From positions 25,490-89,489 of the forward strand of contig JAPLXG010000002.1 of assembly GCA_026396175.1 (NCBI GenBank): a stretch of DNA of 64,000 nt, given 5' to 3'. How positions within the stretch are numbered: position 1 is the stretch's first letter; each line of letters begins with the position of its first letter. The notes under the pieces were generated by a model. That model was not told the origin of the DNA and did not search any database. It saw only the letters and a list, made by a program, of their open reading frames with translations. The position numbers and the translations under genes were made by a program. Below are positions 38,014 to 47,214 of this stretch, one piece after another. Source of the DNA: Candidatus Moraniibacteriota bacterium (GTDB lineage: Bacteria; Patescibacteriota; Minisyncoccia; Moranbacterales; UBA2206).

Positions 38014-38683
38014 CTATTCTAAAACATATTTCTCCAGCTCTTTCTTTTCTTTGAAATAGTTTATATTATCTTGCATAAATTTTTCATATTCTTTGGGATT
38101 ATTATCAAACTGCCCCAAGATTGCTTCTTTTGATGAGAGTTTTCCCACTCTCTTTCCAGTATAATCCAAATAGCTCGAATATGGCCAGTCTTTTTCAAGG
38201 TAATTATGAATTGCGTGATTGGCGTTGACGTAAACCGAGAGATGCAGAAGATATTCGTTGGAATCGATGTAGATGGATTTAAATGGTCCTTGGAAAAGAG
38301 AACCGGAGCGGGAATGTTTTTTGTTGAAATAATTAGTGTAACCCATCCCCAGTTTATGCATAAATTTCTCTATTCCCCTGTCTTTAAGTTGTCTGAGAAT
38401 AAAATGATAGTGATTAGGGTTTAGGGTTTAGGCAATAACAAACAATATCGACCACCCGATTTACAGGCTCTAAGAGCCCGTCAGCAGAACGGGCTCTTAG
38501 AGCCTGTAAATCTTTCAAGCTTCCAATTGCCCTATCCACGTTAAATTCTTTGATTGATTTTAGAAATCTTATATAATCCGTGTCACAAGAAAAAACCTCC
38601 CGCTTATCCACTCCGCGGTTGTAGATGTGGTAGTATTCTCCATTGGCGAATTCTGTTTTGCGCATATAATCTCCTAATATCAT
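38014..38683 (-). pseudogene. Disrupted IS200/IS605-like (COG1943/RAYT-type) transposase gene
   Basis: N-terminal fragment (YHIYNRGVDKREVF ... CYCLNPKP) and C-terminal fragment (GSLFQGPFKSIYIDSNEYLLHLSVYVNANHAIHNYLEKDWPYSSY) in different frames. HuH block missing. Carries a 55-nt perfect palindrome at 38458..38512. Confidence 0.6.
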
Positions 38684-38730
38684 GGTTATCGAAGCATAGC
38701 GAAGCTTGAGTTTGAATCGGACAAAAATAT

Positions 38731-39627
38731 TTATTTTCTAAATAGGCCAGCACTTGTATGAATTTCCAAATATTCTTCGCAAAATACACCAATAAATCCA
38801 AAATTATTCATTCGCTCGTTTAATTGTTCAATACTCGGTTTGTAGGAATGTAGCACTAAAAACCTTTTTGTTTTATCAGTGTTCGGCGAATAATACACCT
38901 TAAGCATGTTATCATTTTTATCCATTTCCGCGCTAAATTCTTCATATTTTGGCTCGAAGCCGATTATCCTAATTCCATTCGAAAGAAGATCTAGCACGCT
39001 GGGTATTAGATAAGACTGTATTATTTCTTCATCTTTTCCTTTTTGATAAAGCTCTAGAGTAAGGAAAAAATAATCATCATTGTTCATATTATCAAAAATT
39101 TCTTGAACCAACTCTTCATTTGAAAATAATACACCATTTGCCACAAGACAAATAACATTTATAGCGGTGCCGTCTTTTCTTGTTTCTTCACAAATATTCT
39201 TTATTCCATAAGTTTCTATATCAACAGGAAATTTTTTTACTTTTATGCTTGAACATTTTTGATGCAGTTCATTTTCAGCAATTTCAAGCATAGTTGGATT
39301 CACATCGACTATTGAATAATTGACTATATTATTTTTATTCAATCCATCAATGATAATCGGGGCCTCAAATCCATTGCCAACGCCAAGATGAATGATATTT
39401 ATTTTATTTTCCCCGATTTGTTTAGATAGCCTAGAAATGGATTTTTTTAGCGCAGAAATTTCTCTGTTTGCCAATTGATAGTCAGAGTCTTTTGCGATTT
39501 TATCCCAATATTCTTGAGTATACACAACCCTGATGGGAATCTCATTTTTTTCTTCAACATACTGCCTAAGAATATCCAACTGCTCTTTTGTTAACCTTTT
39601 TGCTAATTCTTGATTAAATTTCACCAT
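38731..39627 (-). CDS. Class I SAM-dependent methyltransferase (EgtD/Methyltransf_33-like fold)
   Basis: IIHLGVGNGFEAP glycine-rich SAM-binding loop; overall length and block order resemble histidine N-alpha-methyltransferase family proteins. Confidence 0.5.
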   Translation of the reverse strand: MVKFNQELAKRLTKEQLDILRQYVEEKNEIPIRVVYTQEYWDKIAKDSDYQLANREISALKKSISRLSKQIGENKINIIHLGVGNGFEAPIIIDGLNKNNIVNYSIVDVNPTMLEIAENELHQKCSSIKVKKFPVDIETYGIKNICEETRKDGTAINVICLVANGVLFSNEELVQEIFDNMNNDDYFFLTLELYQKGKDEEIIQSYLIPSVLDLLSNGIRIIGFEPKYEEFSAEMDKNDNMLKVYYSPNTDKTKRFLVLHSYKPSIEQLNERMNNFGFIGVFCEEYLEIHTSAGLFRK

Positions 39628-39677
39628 GGTTTTGATATTAATTATTAAAAATCAAGCTAATCATTTAATTATATTAA

Positions 39678-41075
39678 TCATAGTTCGGATAGTTTGGACA
39701 CCACCTCCCAAACATTTCCCGCGCCAATGGCGATCACCACATCATCGCCGCCGATTTTACCACCGAGAAATTCCACTGTTTCATCAATCGTTGCAATATA
39801 CTCGGCTTTTCCTCGGTCATATTTATTCACTAGATCCACCAGATCTTTTGAATGCACCCCGCCTTGTGCTTCGCGCGCACTGCCATAGATGTCGAGAATA
39901 ATTACTTTGTCCGCGTCGGAAAAACTTTGGGAAAATTCGGAAAGCAGTGCTTTGGTGCGGGTGAAAGTGTGTGGATGAAAAACGGCCCAGATATTTTTCT
40001 CAGCGTAAAGCTCACGCGCGGCTTTCAATGTTGCACGGATTTCATCCGGATGATGACCATAATCATCAATGAGAATCGCGCCATTGCGTTCGCCAATCAG
40101 TTCGAATCTTCTGGCTGTCCCTTGAAAATTTTTGAGCGCCGCTTGAATTTTCTCCGCGCTAAAATTAAGCTTGTGACAAACCGCAATCACGGCAGCAGCA
40201 TTGAGCGCATTGTGTTTTCCAAAAAGACCAATTTCAAAGTTCCCTAAACTTTTTTCTCCTTGCATCACTTCAAATGTCTGACTAGGGATTACCCCTTCGG
40301 CTTTTTTTAATTCTAGATTTGCTATTCGATAATTACAATCATCAGAAAATCCATAAGTCAAAACTGCACAAGTCGCCGAAGAGGCGACTTCCAATGTAGC
40401 CGTTGCGTCACCGCAAACGACCAGAAAACCAGTTTTCGGAATTCTCACCACAAAGTCTTTGAAAACTTTTTTATACTCCTCAAAATCCGGGAAGAAATCC
40501 GGGTGATCATAGTCACAGCTGGTGAGAATAACCGCATTAGGATTATAGCGTGCTAATTTGTTTTGATATTCGTCCGCTTCCAGCACAAAAAACTCACCTG
40601 CTCCCGTGAGTGCGTTCCCCTCCCAATTTTTCACACGACTGCCAATCGCCGCTGAGGGATCAGCACCAAGATCTTTGAGGGTATTGGCGAGCCAGGCCGA
40701 AGTGGTCGTTTTTCCATGTGTCCCACAAATCGCAATGCCATATTTCTCATTAAAAAGCTGAGCTAATATTTCCGGATAGCTAATCATGGGAATTTTTCTT
40801 TTCATAACTTCTTGAAATTCCACATTATTTCCGACGTTATAGCTAGTAGAATAAATTACCAGATCGGCATCCGCAGGAATATTTTCCACCGAAAAACCTT
40901 CGGTATATTGAATCTGATTTTTTTTGAGCACCTCATCTGTGAAAAACTTCTCTGTCGTATCCGAACCCGTCACTTCAATGCCCCTGGATTTCAAAATTTC
41001 CACCACGCCAACCACGCCAGAACCCTTAATTCCAATCACATAAACTTTTTTAATTTTTTCCAGATCAATCGCCAT
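39678..41075 (-). CDS. murC: UDP-N-acetylmuramate--L-alanine ligase
   Basis: N-terminal Rossmann (VIGIKGSGVVGVVEIL), Mur ligase P-loop GTHGKTTTSAWLA, C-terminal domain. Confidence 0.85.
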   Translation of the reverse strand: MAIDLEKIKKVYVIGIKGSGVVGVVEILKSRGIEVTGSDTTEKFFTDEVLKKNQIQYTEGFSVENIPADADLVIYSTSYNVGNNVEFQEVMKRKIPMISYPEILAQLFNEKYGIAICGTHGKTTTSAWLANTLKDLGADPSAAIGSRVKNWEGNALTGAGEFFVLEADEYQNKLARYNPNAVILTSCDYDHPDFFPDFEEYKKVFKDFVVRIPKTGFLVVCGDATATLEVASSATCAVLTYGFSDDCNYRIANLELKKAEGVIPSQTFEVMQGEKSLGNFEIGLFGKHNALNAAAVIAVCHKLNFSAEKIQAALKNFQGTARRFELIGERNGAILIDDYGHHPDEIRATLKAARELYAEKNIWAVFHPHTFTRTKALLSEFSQSFSDADKVIILDIYGSAREAQGGVHSKDLVDLVNKYDRGKAEYIATIDETVEFLGGKIGGDDVVIAIGAGNVWEVVSKLSEL

Positions 41076-41092
41076 ATTTTTAAAACTAAAAA

Positions 41093-42196
41093 TTATTCCT
41101 TAACCATTCCCAAAATTCCATCGGCAATTTTTTCTGTCGCATCTGGATGATAGAATGTTCCGATATTTTCTGCCAACTTATTGCGCAAAGTTTCGTCCTC
41201 CAAAAGTTCCGCAATTTTTTCCATTAGCATGTGTTCGCCCATATTATTTTCCTCCATCACCACGCACCCGCCGATTCGCGCGAGTGAATAGGCGTTCATT
41301 CGTTGATGATCGCCCGCTGAAGTTTCCAAAGGAATGATGATCGCCGGTTTTTTGTTGGCGGCAATTTCGGCAATGGAAGTGCTTCCAGCTCGCGAAATCA
41401 CCAAATCAGCCGCCGCTAAAATATCTATCAACTCTTCTTTGAAAAATGGCGCGGCATAATATCCATCATGACCAACCTTGAAACCGAGCTCCCCAGCTAT
41501 GCGTTTCACTTCTTCAAAATTATTTTCCCCCGTCTGATGAACAACTTGATATTTATGCAGAAGTTGTGGCAGAATTCGCAAAATTTTATCATTAATACTT
41601 TTTGCTCCTTGTGATCCGCCCCAGACAAAAATAATTTTTCGTGACTCAGTAAAGCCAAGTAATTTTCTGGCATTTTCCGCGCTACCTTTGTTAATATCTT
41701 CCCGCAACGGATTTCCCGTTAGCACCACTTGCGCTGCTGGAAAATATTTTTCCGCTTCCGAATAAGCCACTGCCACCCGAGTAGAGAGTTTCCCCAGCAT
41801 TGAATTGGCCAGTCCCGGATTTGAGTCTGATTCGTGAATGAGAATTGGAATGCGATAGAGCCAACCGGCCACCACCACCGGAAAAGAAGCTGATCCGCCT
41901 TTGGAAAAGATTGCATCCGGCATCAAAATGAGCAAAAGCCACAACGATTTCAAAACTCCAATAGGAATCCGGAAAAAATCCAAAATATTTTGAAAGGAAA
42001 AATAACGTCGCAATTTTCCGGTCATAATATTTCTAATCGGAATATTTTCCCGCCCCATAATTTCATCTTCCAGCTTGCCTTTCGGTCCGATAAAATAAAA
42101 CTCGACATCCGGCACTTTTTCTTGAATTTTTTTGGCTACTGCCACGAGTGGCGTCAGATGTCCGCCTGTTCCTCCTCCTGTGAGTACGATACGCAT
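41093..42196 (-). CDS. murG: UDP-GlcNAc--undecaprenyl-PP-MurNAc-pentapeptide GlcNAc transferase
   Basis: N-terminal GGGTGGHLTP G-loop; GT28 family. Confidence 0.9.
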   Translation of the reverse strand: MRIVLTGGGTGGHLTPLVAVAKKIQEKVPDVEFYFIGPKGKLEDEIMGRENIPIRNIMTGKLRRYFSFQNILDFFRIPIGVLKSLWLLLILMPDAIFSKGGSASFPVVVAGWLYRIPILIHESDSNPGLANSMLGKLSTRVAVAYSEAEKYFPAAQVVLTGNPLREDINKGSAENARKLLGFTESRKIIFVWGGSQGAKSINDKILRILPQLLHKYQVVHQTGENNFEEVKRIAGELGFKVGHDGYYAAPFFKEELIDILAAADLVISRAGSTSIAEIAANKKPAIIIPLETSAGDHQRMNAYSLARIGGCVVMEENNMGEHMLMEKIAELLEDETLRNKLAENIGTFYHPDATEKIADGILGMVKE

Positions 42197-42219
42197 AAAA
42201 TTTATTTGATAAAAAAATA

Positions 42220-43332
42220 TTAATTATCTAAACCCGTCTGCTTGGAAATATTCAATAGCACGCCGATTCCGGCCATCAAAAATATGAGCGACGTTCCGCC
42301 ATAGCTAATGAACGGGAGTGGAATTCCGGTGAGTGGAATGAGACCGGAAATTGCCGAGATATTGATGAGTGCTTGAAAAGTAATCCAAGAAGTGATGCCG
42401 ACTGCGGTCAGTTGAGAAAAACGATCAGGCGCGTTTTTGGCAATGCGAAAGCCAATCATCGCCAGGGCGAGAAATAATAAAACCAACGCGACCACGCCAA
42501 CCAAACCCAGTTCTTCTCCGATGATAGCAAAAATAGAATCGCCGACCGGCTCGGGCAAGTAGTTAAATTTTTGCAAACTATGTCCAAGGCCAAGCCCCCA
42601 AAAGCCTCCTGAACCAATCGCAAGAAGCGCTTGATTGATTTGATAACCAATCCCGCGCGGATCCAATTCGGGGTGGAGGAATACCAAAAAACGATCCATC
42701 CGATAGGATTCAAATTTGATAAGCAGGACTAGTGCGGCAAAACCAGCCACTGCCATTGAAAATATATGCGAAAGTCGGGCACCCGAAATGAAAAAAACGG
42801 ACATAGCGATGAAAATGATGACACCAAGCGTTCCCATATCCGGTTGTTTTTCCAAAAGAAAACTAACTACCCCAACCACGGCAAGAAAAGGCAAAAGGCC
42901 CTCATAGAAATCTTTCACTTTTTCCGCCCGGCTCTCCAACCAGGCCGCGAGATAGATAACAATTGACAGTTTCAGCATTTCTGACGGCTGAAAAGAAAAC
43001 GGTCCGAGTTGCAACCAGCGACTGGCACCATAGACCCGCGAACCGACTCCCGGCACAAAAACTAAGATGAGCAGAAGAATACTGAGAATGAAAAACGGGA
43101 AAGCGATTTTTTTCCAAAAAGTATAATTTATTTTCGCAATTGCGAAAAGAACGATGATGCCCGGCAAAACTCCGTAAAAAAGTTGATGCTTGAAGAAATA
43201 ATAGGAATCACCAAAGCGACTGCGCGAATAGGCAATGCCGGCCGAAGCAATCATCGCCAAACCAAAAATGAGCAATAGAAAAACTACAAACAACAAATTT
43301 TTATTTACCCCTTGTTCTCTGTGTTTAGACAT
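42220..43332 (-). CDS. ftsW: SEDS-family peptidoglycan glycosyltransferase FtsW/RodA
   Basis: 10 TM helices and conserved SEDS loop (GASRWLQLGPFSFQPSE). Position upstream of murG. Confidence 0.85.
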   Translation of the reverse strand: MSKHREQGVNKNLLFVVFLLLIFGLAMIASAGIAYSRSRFGDSYYFFKHQLFYGVLPGIIVLFAIAKINYTFWKKIAFPFFILSILLLILVFVPGVGSRVYGASRWLQLGPFSFQPSEMLKLSIVIYLAAWLESRAEKVKDFYEGLLPFLAVVGVVSFLLEKQPDMGTLGVIIFIAMSVFFISGARLSHIFSMAVAGFAALVLLIKFESYRMDRFLVFLHPELDPRGIGYQINQALLAIGSGGFWGLGLGHSLQKFNYLPEPVGDSIFAIIGEELGLVGVVALVLLFLALAMIGFRIAKNAPDRFSQLTAVGITSWITFQALINISAISGLIPLTGIPLPFISYGGTSLIFLMAGIGVLLNISKQTGLDN

Positions 43333-43349
43333 TTTTAGAAATAATTCAC

Positions 43350-44069
43350 TTATTTATTATTCGTATGTCCCCGCCGTGGCGGGGTTCGCGAAGTGAATGA
43401 CCGCCACTTTTTAATCTCACCATGATTACCACTCATGAGCACCTCCGGCACCTGCCAATCATTGAAAATTGGCGGCTTACTATATTGCGGATGCTCTTTA
43501 TAGTTTTTATTTTTATGTGATTCGTGCTTAGCACTTTCCTCATTACCCAAAACTCCCGGCAAGAGCCGCATCACACTATCGATAATAATCATTGCGGGAA
43601 GTTCTCCGCCAGTGAGCACATAATCCCCAATCGAAATCTCTTCATCCGCGATATGCTGCGCCACGCGCTCATCCACTCCCTCATAACGTCCGCAAATTAA
43701 AATTAAATTATCATACTTTGAGAGTCTTTCTGCCGATCGCTGGGTATATTTTTTGCCTTTAGCAGAAAAAAGAATTATGCGCGTCTCCGCCCTAGGCGGA
43801 CCCGCCTTGGGCGGGTTGTCTTTTTCGTTTTTAGCAATCAACTTTTTAATCTTTTCCACGCAAGCATAAATCGGCTGAACCTGGAGTACCATCCCCGCTC
43901 CGCCGCCATAGGGTGTGTCATCGACTTTTTCGTGCTTGTCAGTCGTGTAATCCCGCAAATTATGCGCGAGTACTTCAATCGCCCCGCTTTTTTGCGCACG
44001 CCCAATAATCGACTCTTTGAGATAAGAGTCTAAAATCCGCGGAAAAATTGTAACAATATGGAATTGCAT
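43350..44069 (-). CDS. trmD: tRNA (guanine37-N1)-methyltransferase
   Basis: SPOUT/TrmD motifs (DDTPYGGGAGMVL, ICGRYEGVDERV, GDYVLTGGELPAMIIIDSV). Carries an in-frame GC-rich insert (DNPPKAGPPRAET). ORF 3' end runs into the CCCCGCCGTGGCGGGG element, so the true stop may lie earlier. Confidence 0.85.
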   Translation of the reverse strand: MQFHIVTIFPRILDSYLKESIIGRAQKSGAIEVLAHNLRDYTTDKHEKVDDTPYGGGAGMVLQVQPIYACVEKIKKLIAKNEKDNPPKAGPPRAETRIILFSAKGKKYTQRSAERLSKYDNLILICGRYEGVDERVAQHIADEEISIGDYVLTGGELPAMIIIDSVMRLLPGVLGNEESAKHESHKNKNYKEHPQYSKPPIFNDWQVPEVLMSGNHGEIKKWRSFTSRTPPRRGHTNNK

Positions 44070-44148
44070 AATATCTCTATGATAGCAAAATAAATCAAAA
44101 AAGGCTAACTTTCGCCAGCCTTTCTTGTTTCACTAATTTTCAAGTAGA

Positions 44149-44490
44149 TCAGACAATATCACCAACGACATCGTCAATACTTTTGCGCACTTCTTCTCTT
44201 GGTTCACGGTCTTCTCGTGGTGGTCTAGTAGATCCTTCTGGTTCGTTAATCTTGAGATTAACTCGCGCGTTGTTTCTGGCACCGATTACACGAAGCAAAG
44301 TTCGCAAAGCTTTCGCTGTTGCACCTTCACGTCCGATAATCATTCCCATATCCTCGGGGTTGACGTCCAGTGTGATAAGCACGCCCATTTCATCAATTTT
44401 CCTTTCAACTTTCACATCGTCAGGATTATTCACAACTTGTTTCACAACATACTCAACAAACTCTATATCAGTTGCTTGAATTGTAGCCAT
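44149..44490 (-). CDS. KH-domain RNA-binding protein (KhpA/YlqC-like) with Arg/Glu-rich C-terminal tail
   Basis: KH core VLITLDVNPEDMGMIIGREGATAKALRTLL. Confidence 0.7.
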   Translation of the reverse strand: MATIQATDIEFVEYVVKQVVNNPDDVKVERKIDEMGVLITLDVNPEDMGMIIGREGATAKALRTLLRVIGARNNARVNLKINEPEGSTRPPREDREPREEVRKSIDDVVGDIV

Positions 44491-44634
44491 ATACGCAATT
44501 CTAGATTAATGTTTATTAACACTTCTTAGTAAGAGGGCTTCGGAAGATCGACCCCCACCATCGCTGTCATCCGCCGGACTAAAAAGTCTCAAACGGAACT
44601 CTCTTACTTTCGCCTATATTATATTATTTATTCA

Positions 44635-45348
44635 TTATTTTGTCAAAAATTTAAAAGTCTTTAAAATCTTAGTCACATTTTCGATTGTCTCTTCGCCAAT
44701 TTCCGCCCTGATTACCAATTCTTTGCTATCACCGGTTGAAAAATAACCGGCCTTATCGCAGGCGGTCAGGCCAGAGTTGGGATTGGCATATTTCGTTTCG
44801 TAGCTGCCCACTTTCAAAGTGACCGAATCAGTCAGGGTGCAATTTTTTCTTTCTTTTTCGGAAAATTCAGCGTTATACCAAGTTTGCAAATCAGCCTTGG
44901 CTTTGTTGGAAAAAATTCGAAATTTCCAGGTCTTGAAATTTTGCGAAACGCGATACAAATCACCACCGCAAACTACTTGCGCATCGGTGGGATATTTAAA
45001 TTCAAATTGATTTTTTTCGTCCGCATAGGTTTTCCAATCGGCGGTTTCATCCGGAGTTTTGTCCGCTTCGCTGGTTGCCGTTTTTTGCGTGTCCTCCGGC
45101 GCCGTAACTGCATTTTCCGGAGCGGCTTTTGTTGTGGCGCCCAGTGTGTCGGGAACACTTGGAGCGGTAGCTGCTGTCGCGGCAGTCGCAGTAGTTTGCT
45201 TTTGCGTCAAGTTAGCCTCAGCCGCTTGTTTTATCTTTTCGAAATCCTCATCACTACCTTGACTAAACATACGCCAAAAAACATTGCCAAAAATAATGAC
45301 AACTAAAAAAAATATTCCAACTACAAATAGACTTCTATTTCTGGTCAT
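44635..45348 (-). CDS. Hypothetical membrane-anchored secreted protein
   Basis: N-terminal TM, Thr/Ala-rich linker, C-terminal domain with two Cys pairs. Confidence 0.5.
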   Translation of the reverse strand: MTRNRSLFVVGIFFLVVIIFGNVFWRMFSQGSDEDFEKIKQAAEANLTQKQTTATAATAATAPSVPDTLGATTKAAPENAVTAPEDTQKTATSEADKTPDETADWKTYADEKNQFEFKYPTDAQVVCGGDLYRVSQNFKTWKFRIFSNKAKADLQTWYNAEFSEKERKNCTLTDSVTLKVGSYETKYANPNSGLTACDKAGYFSTGDSKELVIRAEIGEETIENVTKILKTFKFLTK

Positions 45349-45530
45349 TAAAAATATGCTACGGAGAAAAATCGGAGCTCAGCTCCGATTTTCCCGCAAT
45401 CTATGGATTTATTATAGCACACAACCCCGCACTAACCTTGCACTTGCACCTCCGGTGCAAATTGGCCAAAGGCCAGTGCAAAGTTAGTGCGGGGCTAGAC
45501 AAAACCCCAAAATCCCGCTAGTATTTATCC

Positions 45531-47009
45531 ATGGAAAGATTCAAACGCAAGCTATTTTTTTGGTCACTTGTCCTCATTTTCTTTATAATTACCCCGATTA
45601 TTGTCCTCGAGGCTCGCGGTTACCGCTTTGATTGGCATCGAGGTGTTTTTGTTTACAGCGGAACGATTTCTTTCAAATCTAACCCGCAAAATATCATTAC
45701 CACGCTCAATGGAGTGGTCAATGATTCAGCCAAGCTCAATCGGATCAACAGCTCTTTCAATCTCACCGGACTGATTCCGATGGATTATACGATTGAAATC
45801 TCAGCGCCCAATTTCTATCCCTGGAACAAAAAAATTGATGTTCACAGTGGAGTCTCCAGCGAATTTTGGAATGTTGTCCTCACCAGAAAAAATTATACCA
45901 TCACCAACTATGCCTCGACGGATGGGATTGATAAGTTTTTCACCTCGCCCAAAAATCGCTTCGTCGCTTTCACAACTAATTCTGACCAAGGACTGGCAGT
46001 CAAAGAGTTAGACTTGGGCAGCAAGCTTGTGACTAATAGTTATGACCTTTCCGGCTGGAAACTCCTCTCTGAAGATAAAAAAGAAAATATCGAATGGTCA
46101 CCGGACGAAGGCTATCTCTCTGTTCCGGTGGAAAAAAATAACGACCCTGAGGATAAGGCTTATTATATTATTGATCTTAGTCAAGCTCAAAACAACCCAC
46201 TAAACCTGCATACTTTTTTAGGAAAAGATGTCATCCGCTATGTCCGCTGGGACCCGAAGGAAAAAGGCTATCTCTTTTTTCTGGAGGGCACAACGCTTTT
46301 CCGCGCCAACATCAAAGACGCAACAAGTATCACTCAAATTGCCACTGACGTGAGCGCCTATGATTTGTCCTATAACGCCGTCTATTTTGTTCAATCTCCC
46401 AATGATCTCCTTTTCAGAACCAGCTTGGATGGAAAAGCAGAAAAAACTCAAATCACTAATAATTTTCCTGACGCAAGCAATCCCACCATCGAGCGGGTGA
46501 CTGTTTATGATGAATCTCGCATCGCCTTTCTAGACAAAAATCAAAATCTTTTTATCTATAATAAAGGAGAACGCGATACCTATTTCCGCTCTCTGGGCGA
46601 CCGCGTAGCGGAAATGCATTTTTCCAATGACGGAAAAAAATTGCTTTTTTACGGCAATAATGAAATTTCTGTCTACTACACCCGCGATTGGACCGTGCAA
46701 CCGATTCGCCAAGAAAATGAGTTGAATAATGTCACGCGTTATTTGGAAGACCTAAAAAATATCCAGTGGTACAAGGACTATGAACATATTATTTTCAGCG
46801 TCGGAAAATACACCAAAATAATTGAACTTGACGCTCGCGATCATCGCAATTGCCTCGATCTCATCAGTACTAGCCTGGATTCGCCGTTTGTCATTCACAA
46901 CAACGGCTTGGAAAAACTTTTTTTCACAGACGCTAAAGATGGTACGACAAGCTTAAACTCCATTGTCTTTCCGGAAGCTACGCCGATCTTGGGAATTGGC
47001 GGAGCATAA
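45531..47009 (+). CDS. Hypothetical membrane-anchored protein with PEGA-like and beta-propeller-like regions
   Basis: N-terminal TM, PEGA-like segment (NLTGLIPMDYTIEISAPNFYPWNKKIDV), repeated beta-strand blocks afterwards. Confidence 0.45.
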   Translation: MERFKRKLFFWSLVLIFFIITPIIVLEARGYRFDWHRGVFVYSGTISFKSNPQNIITTLNGVVNDSAKLNRINSSFNLTGLIPMDYTIEISAPNFYPWNKKIDVHSGVSSEFWNVVLTRKNYTITNYASTDGIDKFFTSPKNRFVAFTTNSDQGLAVKELDLGSKLVTNSYDLSGWKLLSEDKKENIEWSPDEGYLSVPVEKNNDPEDKAYYIIDLSQAQNNPLNLHTFLGKDVIRYVRWDPKEKGYLFFLEGTTLFRANIKDATSITQIATDVSAYDLSYNAVYFVQSPNDLLFRTSLDGKAEKTQITNNFPDASNPTIERVTVYDESRIAFLDKNQNLFIYNKGERDTYFRSLGDRVAEMHFSNDGKKLLFYGNNEISVYYTRDWTVQPIRQENELNNVTRYLEDLKNIQWYKDYEHIIFSVGKYTKIIELDARDHRNCLDLISTSLDSPFVIHNNGLEKLFFTDAKDGTTSLNSIVFPEATPILGIGGA

Positions 47010-47214
47010 GAAAAAATTTGAAATTTTAAATTTTAAATTTGAAATGAAGTCTAAATTTTAAATTTTTAAGTATCAACTATTCATTTGGACATTTATTCAT
47101 TTGAAATTGATTGAAAATTGTAAATTTAAAATTGAAAATTGCAATCTCTAACTTGTCGATAAGGCGTAATTACACAACAACCTTTCCCGCATAAAGAAAC
47201 GCTAACCAAAGAAT

